Shown: one piece after another, positions 27,252 to 37,942 of the stretch
Numbering within the stretch: the first letter of the stretch is position 1
How the letters are laid out: each line of letters begins with the position of its first letter
IMG/VR virus record: IMGVR_UViG_3300000510_000016
Span: 1-64,000 of that record
From: a virus
Taxonomy: Duplodnaviria > Caudoviricetes
Strand: one strand, 5' to 3'
Length of the DNA: 64,000 bases
Program-made: the position numbers and the translations under genes
The notes under the pieces: generated by a model
The model's database searches: none
Seen by the model: the letters and a program-made list of their open reading frames with translations, nothing else
Told to the model about the DNA's origin: nothing

Positions 27252-27554
27252 CTACTTACTAATACCAACAATCTCACTCTCTAGCATAGAGATATATTTA
27301 ACACCATCTACTACTAATGTAGCGCCTGCATACTTACCGAAGTATACTTTATTACCTTCTGCATATTTACTGTCTTTATGAAACTTCTCTACAATACCAT
27401 TATAGACAATCTCACCTAGACGAGCTTTATTATCAGGGTCACTTGTTTCAGTAAGTATAATGCCACCTGCTGATTTATTCTCTACCTCAATCTCTTTAAC
27501 TAAGATACGCCCATTAGGTGTAATTACGTTTAAAGCATTATCACTCATATACAA
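27252..27554 (-). CDS. groES: Co-chaperonin GroES (Cpn10)
   Basis: P.NGRILVK...KSAGGIILT mobile loop; G.KVYFGKYAG..L.VDG..Y...ESEIVG. Confidence 0.9.
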   Translation of the reverse strand: MYMSDNALNVITPNGRILVKEIEVENKSAGGIILTETSDPDNKARLGEIVYNGIVEKFHKDSKYAEGNKVYFGKYAGATLVVDGVKYISMLESEIVGISK

Positions 27555-28529
27555 GTCCTTTTTAATATGTGTTATATTATATCAATTAATATATTTAGAC
27601 AATAAAAAAACACCAACACCACATCTGTAATTGAATACATCAAACATATTATTAATTTTGTATTATATATATTTGAGATGGGTGTTGATGCTAGGAGAAA
27701 TTGTCTAAGAAATACATAATGTAAATACACATTATATACTATTACTCATTGATATTACTTACTGTTTATGTCTTATTGATTTATACACTATATCATTGAT
27801 ATTTGGTTTGTCAATAGATATTATTACTATATTTGTATAGTTTGTGTAAAGATACTAATGTATTTATAAAAGACACTGTTGCATAATAGAGGTTATTATA
27901 TTAATAGTGTTGTTGATGTTATTTATGTGTGTTTGTAATACTTTACACACTATCTAGCACGATACATTGGTACGTAGATTCAATAGTTATACCATATTGA
28001 TATGTTTGTACCTTATTAGTGCTACAACCTATTAGAAATCATTTTATAAGGACTTAGCACATAACAACAATGATGTTTATAAAGAAACTATGATTAGTAA
28101 AATAGTATTGTTTATTGATAATGATTTATATTATTGAAGTATGTATTTGTAAGATTTCTTTAAAGATAACTGATGCACATAAATGATTAAAAGAAAAAAA
28201 GATATTTATTATTATTTTATTGTTAAAGTAATATTGTTTCTTGTCAGTGGTTTTGGTGAGAGTTTTGTCTGGCTGTCTTGTCTGGATATCTGTTAGAATG
28301 TCTTATTATTAAGTGCTAATACTAATTAATTAATATTTAAAATACTAAGTAATAAAGAATAAACAGGTGGAGAGTTGTATAAGAGCATCTGCCTGTAACC
28401 CTTATGCAGCAAAGGTTTAAAACAATTTTGTAAATACTATTTTTAGAGATTTAGTAAATATTAATTTATAGTAAAAATAACACTTGACAACCTTTATAAA
28501 TATGTTATACTTAAATTTTACAATGAGAG
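27555..28529. promoter_or_regulatory. About 1 kb very AT-rich divergent control region; sigma70 promoter TTGACA-16-TATACT at about 28484-28511
   Basis: No ORF of 60 aa or more; separates leftward structural genes from the rightward block. Confidence 0.7.
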
Positions 28530-29822
28530 GTGTTTATGACAAAAGTAGTAGAAGTATTAGATGCAATCATGGGTAGCGGTAAGTCTACTGAGATTTTTAA
28601 ATGGATAGACTCTAACACCGATATGAGTTTTATTTACGTAAGCCCTAATCTTACTGAAGTAGACGTAGATGGTAGGATTCACAAAGAGGTTAAAAATGTA
28701 AAGTTTTATAGCCCTAATAACGATGATTCAGAAACTAAAGCTGAAAGTATGAATAAGTTACTTAAGGATAAAAAATCTGTTGCTTGTACTCATAAGCTGT
28801 ACCTAGCTATGGATAATTACAGTATGGACTTAGTTTCTAGAGGGAATTACTGTGTTATATTTGATGAAGAGATTAATGTAATGTCAGAGTTTACAGGATA
28901 TAGTTTTGAAGATATCCTGTGGTTGATGCAAGAGGGATATATTACTCGCAATGAAGATAATGGCTCTGTTGTGTGGGTAAAAGAAGATGATTTATTAGAT
29001 TCAAACAAACACTGTTATTCTTATTTTAAGAACTTGTGTGATAAAGGTTCTTTATATATTACTAGGTTTGATAAGGATAGTGATAGTGCTAAGAAGGTAA
29101 TGATGATTTCTCAAGTGCCTGTTAAGTTGTTAGAATGTGCTAGTCGTGTTATTGCTATTACTTATATGTTTAAGGGTAGCATGTTAGATTCTTTCCTGAA
29201 ACTGAAAGGTTTTGAGTCTAAGCCCTTTACTGATGTACAGGTTACTATGAGAAAACCTAGTTACTATAAGAATCTCATCACTTTAATTCCACCTGATAGT
29301 AAGACAAAATCTATGTCACTATCATCATCTTGGTGGTTCAATAAAGCTACAGGAGAAGATGTAGTTGCTGTTAAGAATTACATACTTAGAAATGCAAGAA
29401 AGTATGCAGGAACACCTGATAATCTACTATTCACTTTACCAAAAGATAGAGTTAAAGACCTAAATAAGCATAAGTCAACAAAGACTGTTAATCCTATTGG
29501 TTTCGTGTATCATAAGAATGAAGAAGGAGAAAAGGTTCATAATTGGCTTGCTGCTCAAACTCGTGCAACAAATGATTATGGAGAAAAGAGTACAATGATT
29601 CATTGCTACAACAGATTTCCAATACATACTGTAACTTGTTATTTGCAAGACTATAAGCAACCTATGGATAAAGATGTTTTTGCTCTATCAGAGCTGTTGC
29701 AGTGGTCTTTCAGAGGTTGTGTGAGGAATGACAAACCTATGGTATTGTGTTGCGCTAGTCAAAGAATGTATGATTTGATGCAGTCTTGGTTAAACGATGA
29801 GTTTATTATTGAGGAAGTATAA
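28530..29822 (+). CDS. SF2 helicase-like / origin-binding-like P-loop protein
   Basis: Walker A DAIMGSGKST, Walker B VIFDEE, ITYMF, QTRATNDY and ELLQWSFRGCVR motifs. Confidence 0.7.
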   Translation: MFMTKVVEVLDAIMGSGKSTEIFKWIDSNTDMSFIYVSPNLTEVDVDGRIHKEVKNVKFYSPNNDDSETKAESMNKLLKDKKSVACTHKLYLAMDNYSMDLVSRGNYCVIFDEEINVMSEFTGYSFEDILWLMQEGYITRNEDNGSVVWVKEDDLLDSNKHCYSYFKNLCDKGSLYITRFDKDSDSAKKVMMISQVPVKLLECASRVIAITYMFKGSMLDSFLKLKGFESKPFTDVQVTMRKPSYYKNLITLIPPDSKTKSMSLSSSWWFNKATGEDVVAVKNYILRNARKYAGTPDNLLFTLPKDRVKDLNKHKSTKTVNPIGFVYHKNEEGEKVHNWLAAQTRATNDYGEKSTMIHCYNRFPIHTVTCYLQDYKQPMDKDVFALSELLQWSFRGCVRNDKPMVLCCASQRMYDLMQSWLNDEFIIEEV

Positions 29823-29999
29823 TGGGTAATTTCAGTGGGGATTTAAGTTTTGGACAAGTTTGGATTGACGAATACAATAATGAATTGAAAATAATTAGTG
29901 TTAATGATTCGGAAGTAAAGTTAATAATGTCTGACGGATTTATTGTGACTAGAGATATTTATTATTTAATGTGTGCATGTGAGTATAAAGGAGAATTTA

Positions 30000-30740
30000 A
30001 TGAGTAAGATTGAATTATACAGTGGCGATTGTTTGGAGGTTATGGACAAGCTGATTGAGCAAGGAGTGACAGTAGATGCAATTATTACAGACCCTCCTTA
30101 TGGAACAACAGCTTGTAAGTGGGACAGTGTTATTCCGTTTGATGAGATGTGGACAAGGATTAGTAAGTTAATAAAACCTAATGGTGCTATTGTATTATTT
30201 GGAAGTGAGCCTTTTAGTAGTGCTTTGAGAATGAGTAATATTAAAAACTATAAGTATGAACTTATTTGGAAGAAGTCTAAATGCGGTAGCCCATTCACAG
30301 CAAAGTATAAACCGTTAACTAAACATGAAAATATTTCAATATTTGAAAAGAGTGGTAAAAAAACTACATACAACCCACAAATGGTACAAGGTGAGCCATA
30401 TAGCAGAACTTCTAAAGTTGGAAAAAATAATAGTATGGGTTTTGGTGCAAAAGAAGACTTTACTTATGGTTCTAAAGATGGGCTAAGACACCCAGATTGC
30501 ATATTAGAATTTCAGCAAAAATGGAGGAGACAAGACCAGATACACCCAACACAAAAACCTGTGGCTCTTATGGAGTACCTAATAAAGACCTATACTAACG
30601 AATCTGAAATAGTGTTGGATTTCACAATGGGGAGTGGCTCTACAGGAGTAGCTTGCAAAAACCTCAATCGTAAATTCATCGGTATTGAACTAGATGAATC
30701 CTACTTCAACATTGCCAAAGAACGGATAAATAACACATAA
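30000..30740 (+). CDS. DNA N6-adenine/N4-cytosine methyltransferase (beta class); start corrected to ATG 30000
   Basis: TDPPYG, HPTQKPVALMEYLI and VLDFTMGSGSTGVA motifs; SD AAGGAG upstream. Confidence 0.93.
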   Translation: MSKIELYSGDCLEVMDKLIEQGVTVDAIITDPPYGTTACKWDSVIPFDEMWTRISKLIKPNGAIVLFGSEPFSSALRMSNIKNYKYELIWKKSKCGSPFTAKYKPLTKHENISIFEKSGKKTTYNPQMVQGEPYSRTSKVGKNNSMGFGAKEDFTYGSKDGLRHPDCILEFQQKWRRQDQIHPTQKPVALMEYLIKTYTNESEIVLDFTMGSGSTGVACKNLNRKFIGIELDESYFNIAKERINNT

Positions 30741-30942
30741 GGGATATTATGAACAAAGTAACAAATAAAAGCCTAGACTACGCTGCAAAAGTACATTATA
30801 ATAAGCACATAAAGTTAAAACATACTAAAGACAGATATATGGAAAACAGGAGTAGTAGGAACTTTGATGAAGTAAAGAGGATGAGTGAAGATTTTGATAG
30901 GTTTAATGAAATTTATATGAGTAGACTAGAGAGGTTTTATAA

Positions 30943-31449
30943 ATGAGTAATTTTAATGAAATTAGAGAGAGGGAGCTTACGCTTTCAAAGTCTAGAGTAG
31001 TTTTTCAAAGAGGCTCTTTTGATGATTATTGTGTTTATGTTATTAGTTCATTAACAAAGGTTGCACCACTAGATTTAGATTACTTTAAATTTATGAAATA
31101 CATAGCAGATAAGGTTGGCAGTACAACAGTATATAATTACTTTGTAGATGTTTACGATAAGACCTCCAAAATAGTTGTTTCAGAGGTTTTAGATTTGATT
31201 GTAAAGCAAGCAAAATCTCTGTGCGTATCAGAAAGAGATGCTATGATTTATGAAGGGTATATGACGGTTATATATTTCGCAATGGTGGCAGAAGAAAATA
31301 AAGCCAACACTAAATTAGGAAAAAGGATTAAAAGGCTGGGTATGTATGAACTAATTATGTTGGAAAAGCCTCCTCATATTGCTGCTAATAGTAGTCGAGG
31401 TGTTAGATGGAGAGATTTAGATAAAAAGATGGTTGAGTACGGATTTTAG
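30943..31449 (+). CDS. Conserved hypothetical protein of a family seen in bacteria
   Basis: GSFDDYCVY and AMVAEENKANTKLGKRIKRLG...WRDLD..M..YGF recalled as a conserved family of unknown function. Confidence 0.5.
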   Translation: MSNFNEIRERELTLSKSRVVFQRGSFDDYCVYVISSLTKVAPLDLDYFKFMKYIADKVGSTTVYNYFVDVYDKTSKIVVSEVLDLIVKQAKSLCVSERDAMIYEGYMTVIYFAMVAEENKANTKLGKRIKRLGMYELIMLEKPPHIAANSSRGVRWRDLDKKMVEYGF

Positions 31450-33975
31450 TGCTTTTAATGAGGAAGTACATTTGTAATAGAAAACAAAGGAGTTATAATG
31501 TTTCTAGAGATAAGAGAGATAGAGATTGGTGAGAACTGGTTCAACAGGGACAGTGAGAATGTAGTTGTAGTTGATGATGTGTTTATAGAGAAAGGTATTG
31601 TGCGAGTTGAATATTATTATTTAGAAGGCGATGAGGAGTATCCATATTGTGTAGCAGACCTAGAATACTTTATAAAAGAATATATAAGAATGCCATATAA
31701 TGTTAATGAGGGACGAGGTTATGAGTAACAAAGTACATTTTAAAGGGGATAGTATATGAAAAAGGTTTTTACTAAAAGTGAGCTATTGTGTACAGGGTTG
31801 CCTGAGTCAGCAGTTAAAAATGTAGTTTATGACGGCTGTAGTGTTTTCAATATACACGAGATTGTGTTTAATTATGAAGGGAAATATTATAAAACAAATT
31901 ACAAAAGTAAGAAACAAGGTTTGATGTCTCCTTGGCTACACAATAGCACTATCGAGTGTGTAGAGGTTAAGCCAGTAGTTGTAACAACTACAAAATGGGT
32001 AGAGGTTTAAGATGAGTAACAAAGTTCATTTTGAAGGAGCACCCGATTGGGTTGCTAGTGGAGCTATTGATAAAGATGGGAGTCTTAACTGGTATAACGC
32101 TTATGCCTGTCAATTAGTGATTAATGAGTGTGGGGGAGAACATGGGATTAATGCTTATGTTGAAGACTTGCCAAATTATCCTGACTGCTTAGATAGATAT
32201 ATGTTTGTAGGTATGGGGCATAACACAGATGATTGGCGTGATAGTGCAGTTGACAGAGGATGCGAGGATTTCTAATGAATATTTATACAATGATTGGAGT
32301 ATTAGGATTAATTGTAGTAGTGCTAATAATCTGTCTATTCTTATATCCGCTTTGGCTACTACTAATCAGCTTGCTAGATACATTTGTAAACAACAGATTA
32401 GTAGAGCTTAATAAGCAGAAAGACCAACTGTGGTTAGCTGTTGAGGATTTATATGAAGCCACAGATGACTTAAAAGAAAGAACGTGGGATTATGACGATA
32501 ACAGAAAACAAGTTAGAAAGTTGACTAAGGAGTTATCGGAGCTAGAGGAATATGTGCTTAATGGTGATGACGAAGACAGTAAATCAATCTTTGCAAAAGC
32601 TGTCATTAATGAGAGTAAATATTGATAAATAAACATTGACAACAAATAAGGCTAGTGGGATAATGGTGTCAACAAATACTAGCTTTAAATTATTAGGAGA
32701 GAGTTGTGAATAGTACACTAAGAAATGAAAGTGATTTAGGTAATGCCTATACAGAGTGGTTGAAATTTAAAGGGTGGGGTAACGGTAATGAGTATATTAG
32801 ATTTGGGCAGTTTATATTCAATAATTATGATTATGAATACGAAAATAGTTATAATATAAAAAGCGAGATAGATGCTTATAATTTAATCTTAAAAGGTTTG
32901 ATGGAGGAATATAATGAAAGCAAGTGAGTTTATTATTCATCTACAACAGATGATTGAGGAACATGGAGATTTACCATTAGCTTTGATGGAGATTAGTCCT
33001 TCAGGTTACGACCACCACTTTGTAGAGATAGATGGTGTTGAAGCTATTATTGAACTACAACCTTATGAGAAGTTGTTTGATGGTAGTGATAAGTTATCTA
33101 CTGAACGTAAAGTATTTTTAATTGATTGAGGAATTGTAATGGCAGACTTCTTGTATAGCTTTACAGGTGATGGTGTGTATGTGCTTCAAGTCACAGGAAT
33201 AGACAAGAACAAGTTAAAAGAAAGACAAAGATTTAGTGTAGTGAATGGAGCTTGGGATGGTTTTTACCAAGATGGTATTGTCACTTATCCAGTAGGAGAT
33301 TGGAGACACAAAACAAGTAGAAATATGGAGGTGTACTTAGGGTTTACATTTGAAGGACAGCTTGAAAAATTTGAATATAGGTATTATAATTATGTAATAT
33401 ACAGGTTTGAGAAAGATATTCTAGGACTATACAAGGAAGCAAAATGAGTGATATATTTGTAAACATGCACAGAGCAGAGGTTTTCCAAAGTTTTATCTTA
33501 CAAGACTGTTTTAAGTGGGATTTCGGAAGACCTGCTGACGTAGAGAGGCTTAAGCAGTGGGAGGAGATATTTATCACGGCTTACGATGATGTTATTAACA
33601 AAAAGGTTGGTGGGGATAATTGTGATAGCTATATTAAGTGCAGAGAATATGTCTGTAAAAACTGGTAAGTAATTTAGGAGGTAATATGAGTAAATCAGTA
33701 GAAAGAAGTAGAAACAAATTGTTATACGATTCAGTGGTGAGGGGTATTCTAGAAACAGAATATAACCTAGCTTATGATAATAAGAAAATATACCTAGTAG
33801 TATTATCTGTATGGGTTTATGAGTGTATTACAGAACACCTAAAAGATACAGTGTTTAGTGTTAGTGATAAATCGTTAGAACAGGGAGTTACTATTGCAGG
33901 ATATGAGGTAAAGGTTATTGAGGACTTAAGTTATTCAGAACCAATACAATATATTATTAATTAATTAAAAAACTG

Positions 33976-34004
33976 TTGACACCACTATCTATATTACTTA
34001 TAAT
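33976..34004 (+). promoter_or_regulatory. Consensus sigma70 promoter
   Basis: TTGACA-17-TATAAT. Confidence 0.8.
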
Positions 34005-34027
34005 TAGGCATAACAAGGAGAAACAAT

Positions 34028-34330
34028 ATGGCTGGTGAAATTACAAGTAAACCTAAAGTGGTGTCAGTGTTAGATAAGTTATTCAACATACTAAACCTAA
34101 TCAATACCTCAGAGATAGCTCTAAGCTCTTATGATGTAGCAGAAATTACAGGTTATAATCAAAGGACGGTGCTGAGGTATTTATCAAGGTTAGTGCAAGA
34201 GGGTTTGATTGACTTTGGTGTAAGAATGGAAACTGTAACTTATGACTATAATCGTAAAGAGGACAACCAAGTATTTGAATCTAAAAGACCAAGCAGCACT
34301 TATGAATATTATAGGTTAGGGAGTAGGTGA
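34028..34330 (+). CDS. Winged helix-turn-helix DNA-binding protein
   Basis: LSSYDVAEITGYNQRTVLRYLSRLVQEGLI. Confidence 0.75.
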   Translation: MAGEITSKPKVVSVLDKLFNILNLINTSEIALSSYDVAEITGYNQRTVLRYLSRLVQEGLIDFGVRMETVTYDYNRKEDNQVFESKRPSSTYEYYRLGSR

Positions 34331-34588
34331 TGAATGTAATAGTTGACTTCGAGTATGGTAAACCTGTTATAATGACAGCACATAAATACGGTAAACAATT
34401 TATGAAGTCTGAGTTAGCAGTGAGGATACCTGCTAGACCTCATTACGATAAAGGAACTAAATATAGTTGCACAGAGTTACAGTATAACAAGTGGTTAGAT
34501 AAAACATTTAATAAGATTGAGAGAGCCATTCTAGCTAGTTTTAAAGAAGGCTTGTATGGCACAATTAACATTGAGATAAGAGGGTTGT

Positions 34589-34729
34589 ATGATGATTGAA
34601 ATGAATGTAGATAGTATTGTTGATATGTTGGACTATGAGAATGAAGATTATCTAGAGGATATTGACGACTTAGAGAGTTTTGATGAGTGGATTTCTAAGT
34701 GGGATGAAGATGACGAGGATATGTTATGA
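34589..34729 (+). CDS. 46-aa ultra-acidic peptide (not in track)
   Basis: MMIEMNVDSIVDMLDYENEDYLEDIDDLESFDEWISKWDEDDEDML; GAGGG SD; ATGA-coupled to the deaminase. Confidence 0.65.
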   Translation: MMIEMNVDSIVDMLDYENEDYLEDIDDLESFDEWISKWDEDDEDML

Positions 34730-35202
34730 GTTGGAACTCCTTATCAGATAAATGGCAACAATACTTTATAGACCAATTACATCGTACCGCCAGTATGTCA
34801 GAAGATGCTAATACAAAGGTAGCAGCAATGATTATAGACACTGAGGATAAGGTTGTAGTATCTGTTGGATATAATTGCCTACCTAGAGGTGTTAAGCACT
34901 CACAGGAACGTTCTGAACGCCCAAAAAAATATCACTACGTATCTCACGCAGAGGTGTCTTGTCTTACTAACGCATTGAGACTTAATGTAGCAGTAAAGGG
35001 ATTGACGATGCTAGTTAATTTAGGCTGCTGCCCTAGTTGCACATGTTCTATTATTAATAGTGGTATTAAAGAGGTAGTAACACCTGAATTAGATTATGAG
35101 CATATTAGCTGTGGTGGCGTATACCAACATAGTGTTGCAATGATGCAAGAGGCAGGTGTTAATTGGATATTCGATAACAAACTAAGGAATAAACATGAGT
35201 GA
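34726..35202 (+). CDS. dCMP (deoxycytidylate) deaminase family
   Basis: TKVAAMI...VGYN.LPRG, HAE and CCPSC zinc motifs. Confidence 0.88.
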   Translation: MSWNSLSDKWQQYFIDQLHRTASMSEDANTKVAAMIIDTEDKVVVSVGYNCLPRGVKHSQERSERPKKYHYVSHAEVSCLTNALRLNVAVKGLTMLVNLGCCPSCTCSIINSGIKEVVTPELDYEHISCGGVYQHSVAMMQEAGVNWIFDNKLRNKHE

Positions 35203-35301
35203 TGATTTAGTAGGTTTTATGTTCTTTATGGGGTGTATAACAACAGTAATTTTATATGGAATGTATTTGTGGGGTAAGGATTAAATAAAACAAAATAGTC
35301 G

Positions 35302-35329
35302 TTGACAACCTAAATATATAAGCTATAAT
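35302..35329 (+). promoter_or_regulatory. Sigma70 promoter
   Basis: TTGACA-16-TATAAT. Confidence 0.7.
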
Positions 35330-35421
35330 AACCAGACAACATAACGTTGTATCAAGACAGAGCGTATGATACGTTTTGTACCAAAGACATATAATATGTC
35401 ATAACAATCAAAGAGGTAATA

Positions 35422-35766
35422 ATGAGCGACAATACTGAGAACAAAGGTAAGTTAGAGCAATTTCATTTACGTGGTCGTAACTATGACGCTGTAGTACGTC
35501 AGCTAGTAGAGAAGTACAATGCCAGTGAGGGTTGGGCTGTAGTACGAGTTGTTCCATCTATCTTATCACTAGATGTTTATCTAGAGCGTAATGCGGAGCA
35601 AGGTAATAGTAAAGCAGCAGCTAAACCTACTGCAACCAAACCTGCTGAACCTAAAGTAGAAACTAAAGATAAAGCTAAAGTTGATGTGGAGGTTGTTGAT
35701 GAGAAAGAGAAACAGACAGTCGCTAAGAAAGCAGCAACAACGAACAAGACGGCAACGAAGAAATAA
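35422..35766 (+). CDS. Hypothetical protein with Lys/Ala/Glu-rich low-complexity tail
   Basis: Strong SD GAGG behind a promoter; AAAKPTATKPAEPK...AKKAATTNKTATKK. Confidence 0.6.
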   Translation: MSDNTENKGKLEQFHLRGRNYDAVVRQLVEKYNASEGWAVVRVVPSILSLDVYLERNAEQGNSKAAAKPTATKPAEPKVETKDKAKVDVEVVDEKEKQTVAKKAATTNKTATKK

Positions 35767-36070
35767 CGTATTCTATAGAGTATAAGTTATTCAACATAAG
35801 CAAATAGTAAAACATAAGAGTGTTGCTTAGATAGGACGCTCTTATTTAAAGGAGATATGTTGTGACTATTTTAGATAAAGCTGTAAACGAACAACCTAGT
35901 AAGATTGCACGAGTGATTAATGGCGTATCATATATGATGAGTAACTACCATACGCAAGCACAGAAAGATGAATTAGCACAGATTGTTAAAGATAATAAGC
36001 AAGCAATGAATGACTTGTGGAAAGAACGTTACGGAAAAGATTTAGAAATGAACTTTTATGAAGGAGATGA

Positions 36071-36823
36071 GTGATGAAAATTGAAGTTGGAAGTACGTGG
36101 GTAAATAAAAATGATTTAGATAATACTGTTACTGTAGATACAGTAGGTGCTTTTGCCGTAACAGGTCATAGTGATAAAGATGGTTTGTATATGGCTAATA
36201 TTAATGACTTCTTACATTATTTTAAACCACTACCAGATTCACAACATGAACCGTTGAGTGAGCTGTCGGAACAAGAGTTTGAGAATATTATTGATGAAGC
36301 TTTTGAAGAGGGTTACGCACAAGCATATAGTGAGTTACAAACAAAGACTGAACGAGAACGAGCATTGCAAGAGAAAGCATGGGACGAAGGTTATGACCAA
36401 GCTATTGATGACTTGATTGAAGCAGGTGTTATCGGAGAGGAAGAATACCCAGATGAGGGTTTTTCTGACGAATGTTACTCAGAATACGAGTTTGGTGATG
36501 TAGAGGATGATGAGGAAGAGTATTGTTTCTCTAAAGAGTTAGATAGGATTTTGAATGGTGAGTTTAATTTAAATAATAAATCTACTAGAAACAATAAAGA
36601 AGATTTAGTAAACAACCCAAGCCATTATAATTCAGACCCTAGTGGCGTAAAGTGTATTGAAATTACACGACATCGTAATAATAATATTGGCAACGTTATT
36701 AAGTATGTATGGCGAAACGGTTTAAAAGATGGTAATAGCGATATTCAAGACTTAGAGAAAGCTGCTTGGTATTTGAATGACGAGATTCAACGCCTAAAAG
36801 GACTCGAAAATGGCTTGGAATAA
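36071..36823 (+). CDS. DUF3310 (T7 gp1.7-like nucleotide kinase family) with acidic N-terminal extension
   Basis: DLVNNPSHY...CIEI...GNVIKYVWR...K...QDLEKAAWYL. Confidence 0.8.
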   Translation: MMKIEVGSTWVNKNDLDNTVTVDTVGAFAVTGHSDKDGLYMANINDFLHYFKPLPDSQHEPLSELSEQEFENIIDEAFEEGYAQAYSELQTKTERERALQEKAWDEGYDQAIDDLIEAGVIGEEEYPDEGFSDECYSEYEFGDVEDDEEEYCFSKELDRILNGEFNLNNKSTRNNKEDLVNNPSHYNSDPSGVKCIEITRHRNNNIGNVIKYVWRNGLKDGNSDIQDLEKAAWYLNDEIQRLKGLENGLE

Positions 36824-37553
36824 ACCTAATGTCGGAGAGATTTTTAAAAGTAATTTTGGAACAGAGTACGAGGTTTTGGAATACCTAGATTGTTATAATG
36901 TGAAAATAAAATTCCTAGATTCTTTTGGTTACGAAGGTTGGTTTCAGGCAGATGCAGTCCGAAGAGGTGGTGTGTCCAACCCTTATGATAAAACTGTACA
37001 TGGTGTGGGCTATACAGGGGTTGGTGATTCTGCAACTGTGCTGAACAAAACAAGGCTAGTGGAAAGGGAGGCTTGGTTTGCTATGATGGCTAGGGGTTAT
37101 TGCCCTAAACTAAAAGCCAAGCACCCTAAATATGCAGATTGTACTGTATCGGAAGACTGGCACTGTTACCAGAACTTTGCAAACTGGATGAAAAATCAAA
37201 GGTTTTATGGTCTTGGTTATCAGTTAGATAAAGACTTACTTGTAAAAGACAATAAAATATACAGTCCTGAAACTTGTATCTTATTGCCATCTTACATAAA
37301 CCAGTTGATACAAAGAGATATAAAAAAGATAGGCACTCTACCTAAAGGCGTTGACCAAGTGTCAAAAAATAACTTTCGTGCTGTCTTAAAAACTTTGGGT
37401 GATACCACTAGGGTATCTGGTTTTGGAAGCCCAGAAGATGCTTATGTGAAGTATAAAGAAATGAAAGAGGAGTATGTGAAATCGGTTGCAGATTTGTGGT
37501 TTGGAAACATAGACGCAAGAGCGTATAAGGCTCTTTATGAATGGGAGTTGTAA
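36810..37553 (+). CDS. HNH-type homing endonuclease with C-terminal AP2-like domain
   Basis: YADCTVSEDWHCYQNFANW, LDKDLL..NKIYSPETC and LPKGV...F..PEDAY..YK..KE. Confidence 0.8.
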   Translation: MAWNKPNVGEIFKSNFGTEYEVLEYLDCYNVKIKFLDSFGYEGWFQADAVRRGGVSNPYDKTVHGVGYTGVGDSATVLNKTRLVEREAWFAMMARGYCPKLKAKHPKYADCTVSEDWHCYQNFANWMKNQRFYGLGYQLDKDLLVKDNKIYSPETCILLPSYINQLIQRDIKKIGTLPKGVDQVSKNNFRAVLKTLGDTTRVSGFGSPEDAYVKYKEMKEEYVKSVADLWFGNIDARAYKALYEWEL

Positions 37554-37942
37554 ATGGAAAGGTTATTAACATTAAACCGTTACCTACAGATTGAAGGTAT
37601 CGAGTGATGAAGAAACGCAATTGGATATTAGTTGCTGATTTAATCTTGACATTCATTCTAGAAAGACGTAAGCTTAAAGTTCAAGAGAAGTTAGATGAGA
37701 AACAATCGGCAGCTAAAGATACAAAATGGAAGGAGGAATAGTGGTGTGACAGAATTAGAGATTATGTTGTCAGGTATGTCTGAAGAACGTAAGCAACGTA
37801 TTCTAGATAAAGCTGACAGATTAGAAGTATTCTTTAAAGATGAGGTGGTGTATATGAAAGATAAAGACGAAGGTTGGGAATTACTGTTACCTAATGGTGA
37901 TGGTATTATTGTAGACGAAACAACAAACAACAAAGGAAATAA

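Larger units (their letters stand above)
29822..33964 (+). other. Tandem array of small hypothetical phage ORFs (60-170 aa) surrounding the MTase
   Basis: Tightly packed, mostly ATGA-coupled ORFs with GAGG SDs; sigma70 promoter TTGACA-17-GATAAT at 32636-32664. Confidence 0.7.
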
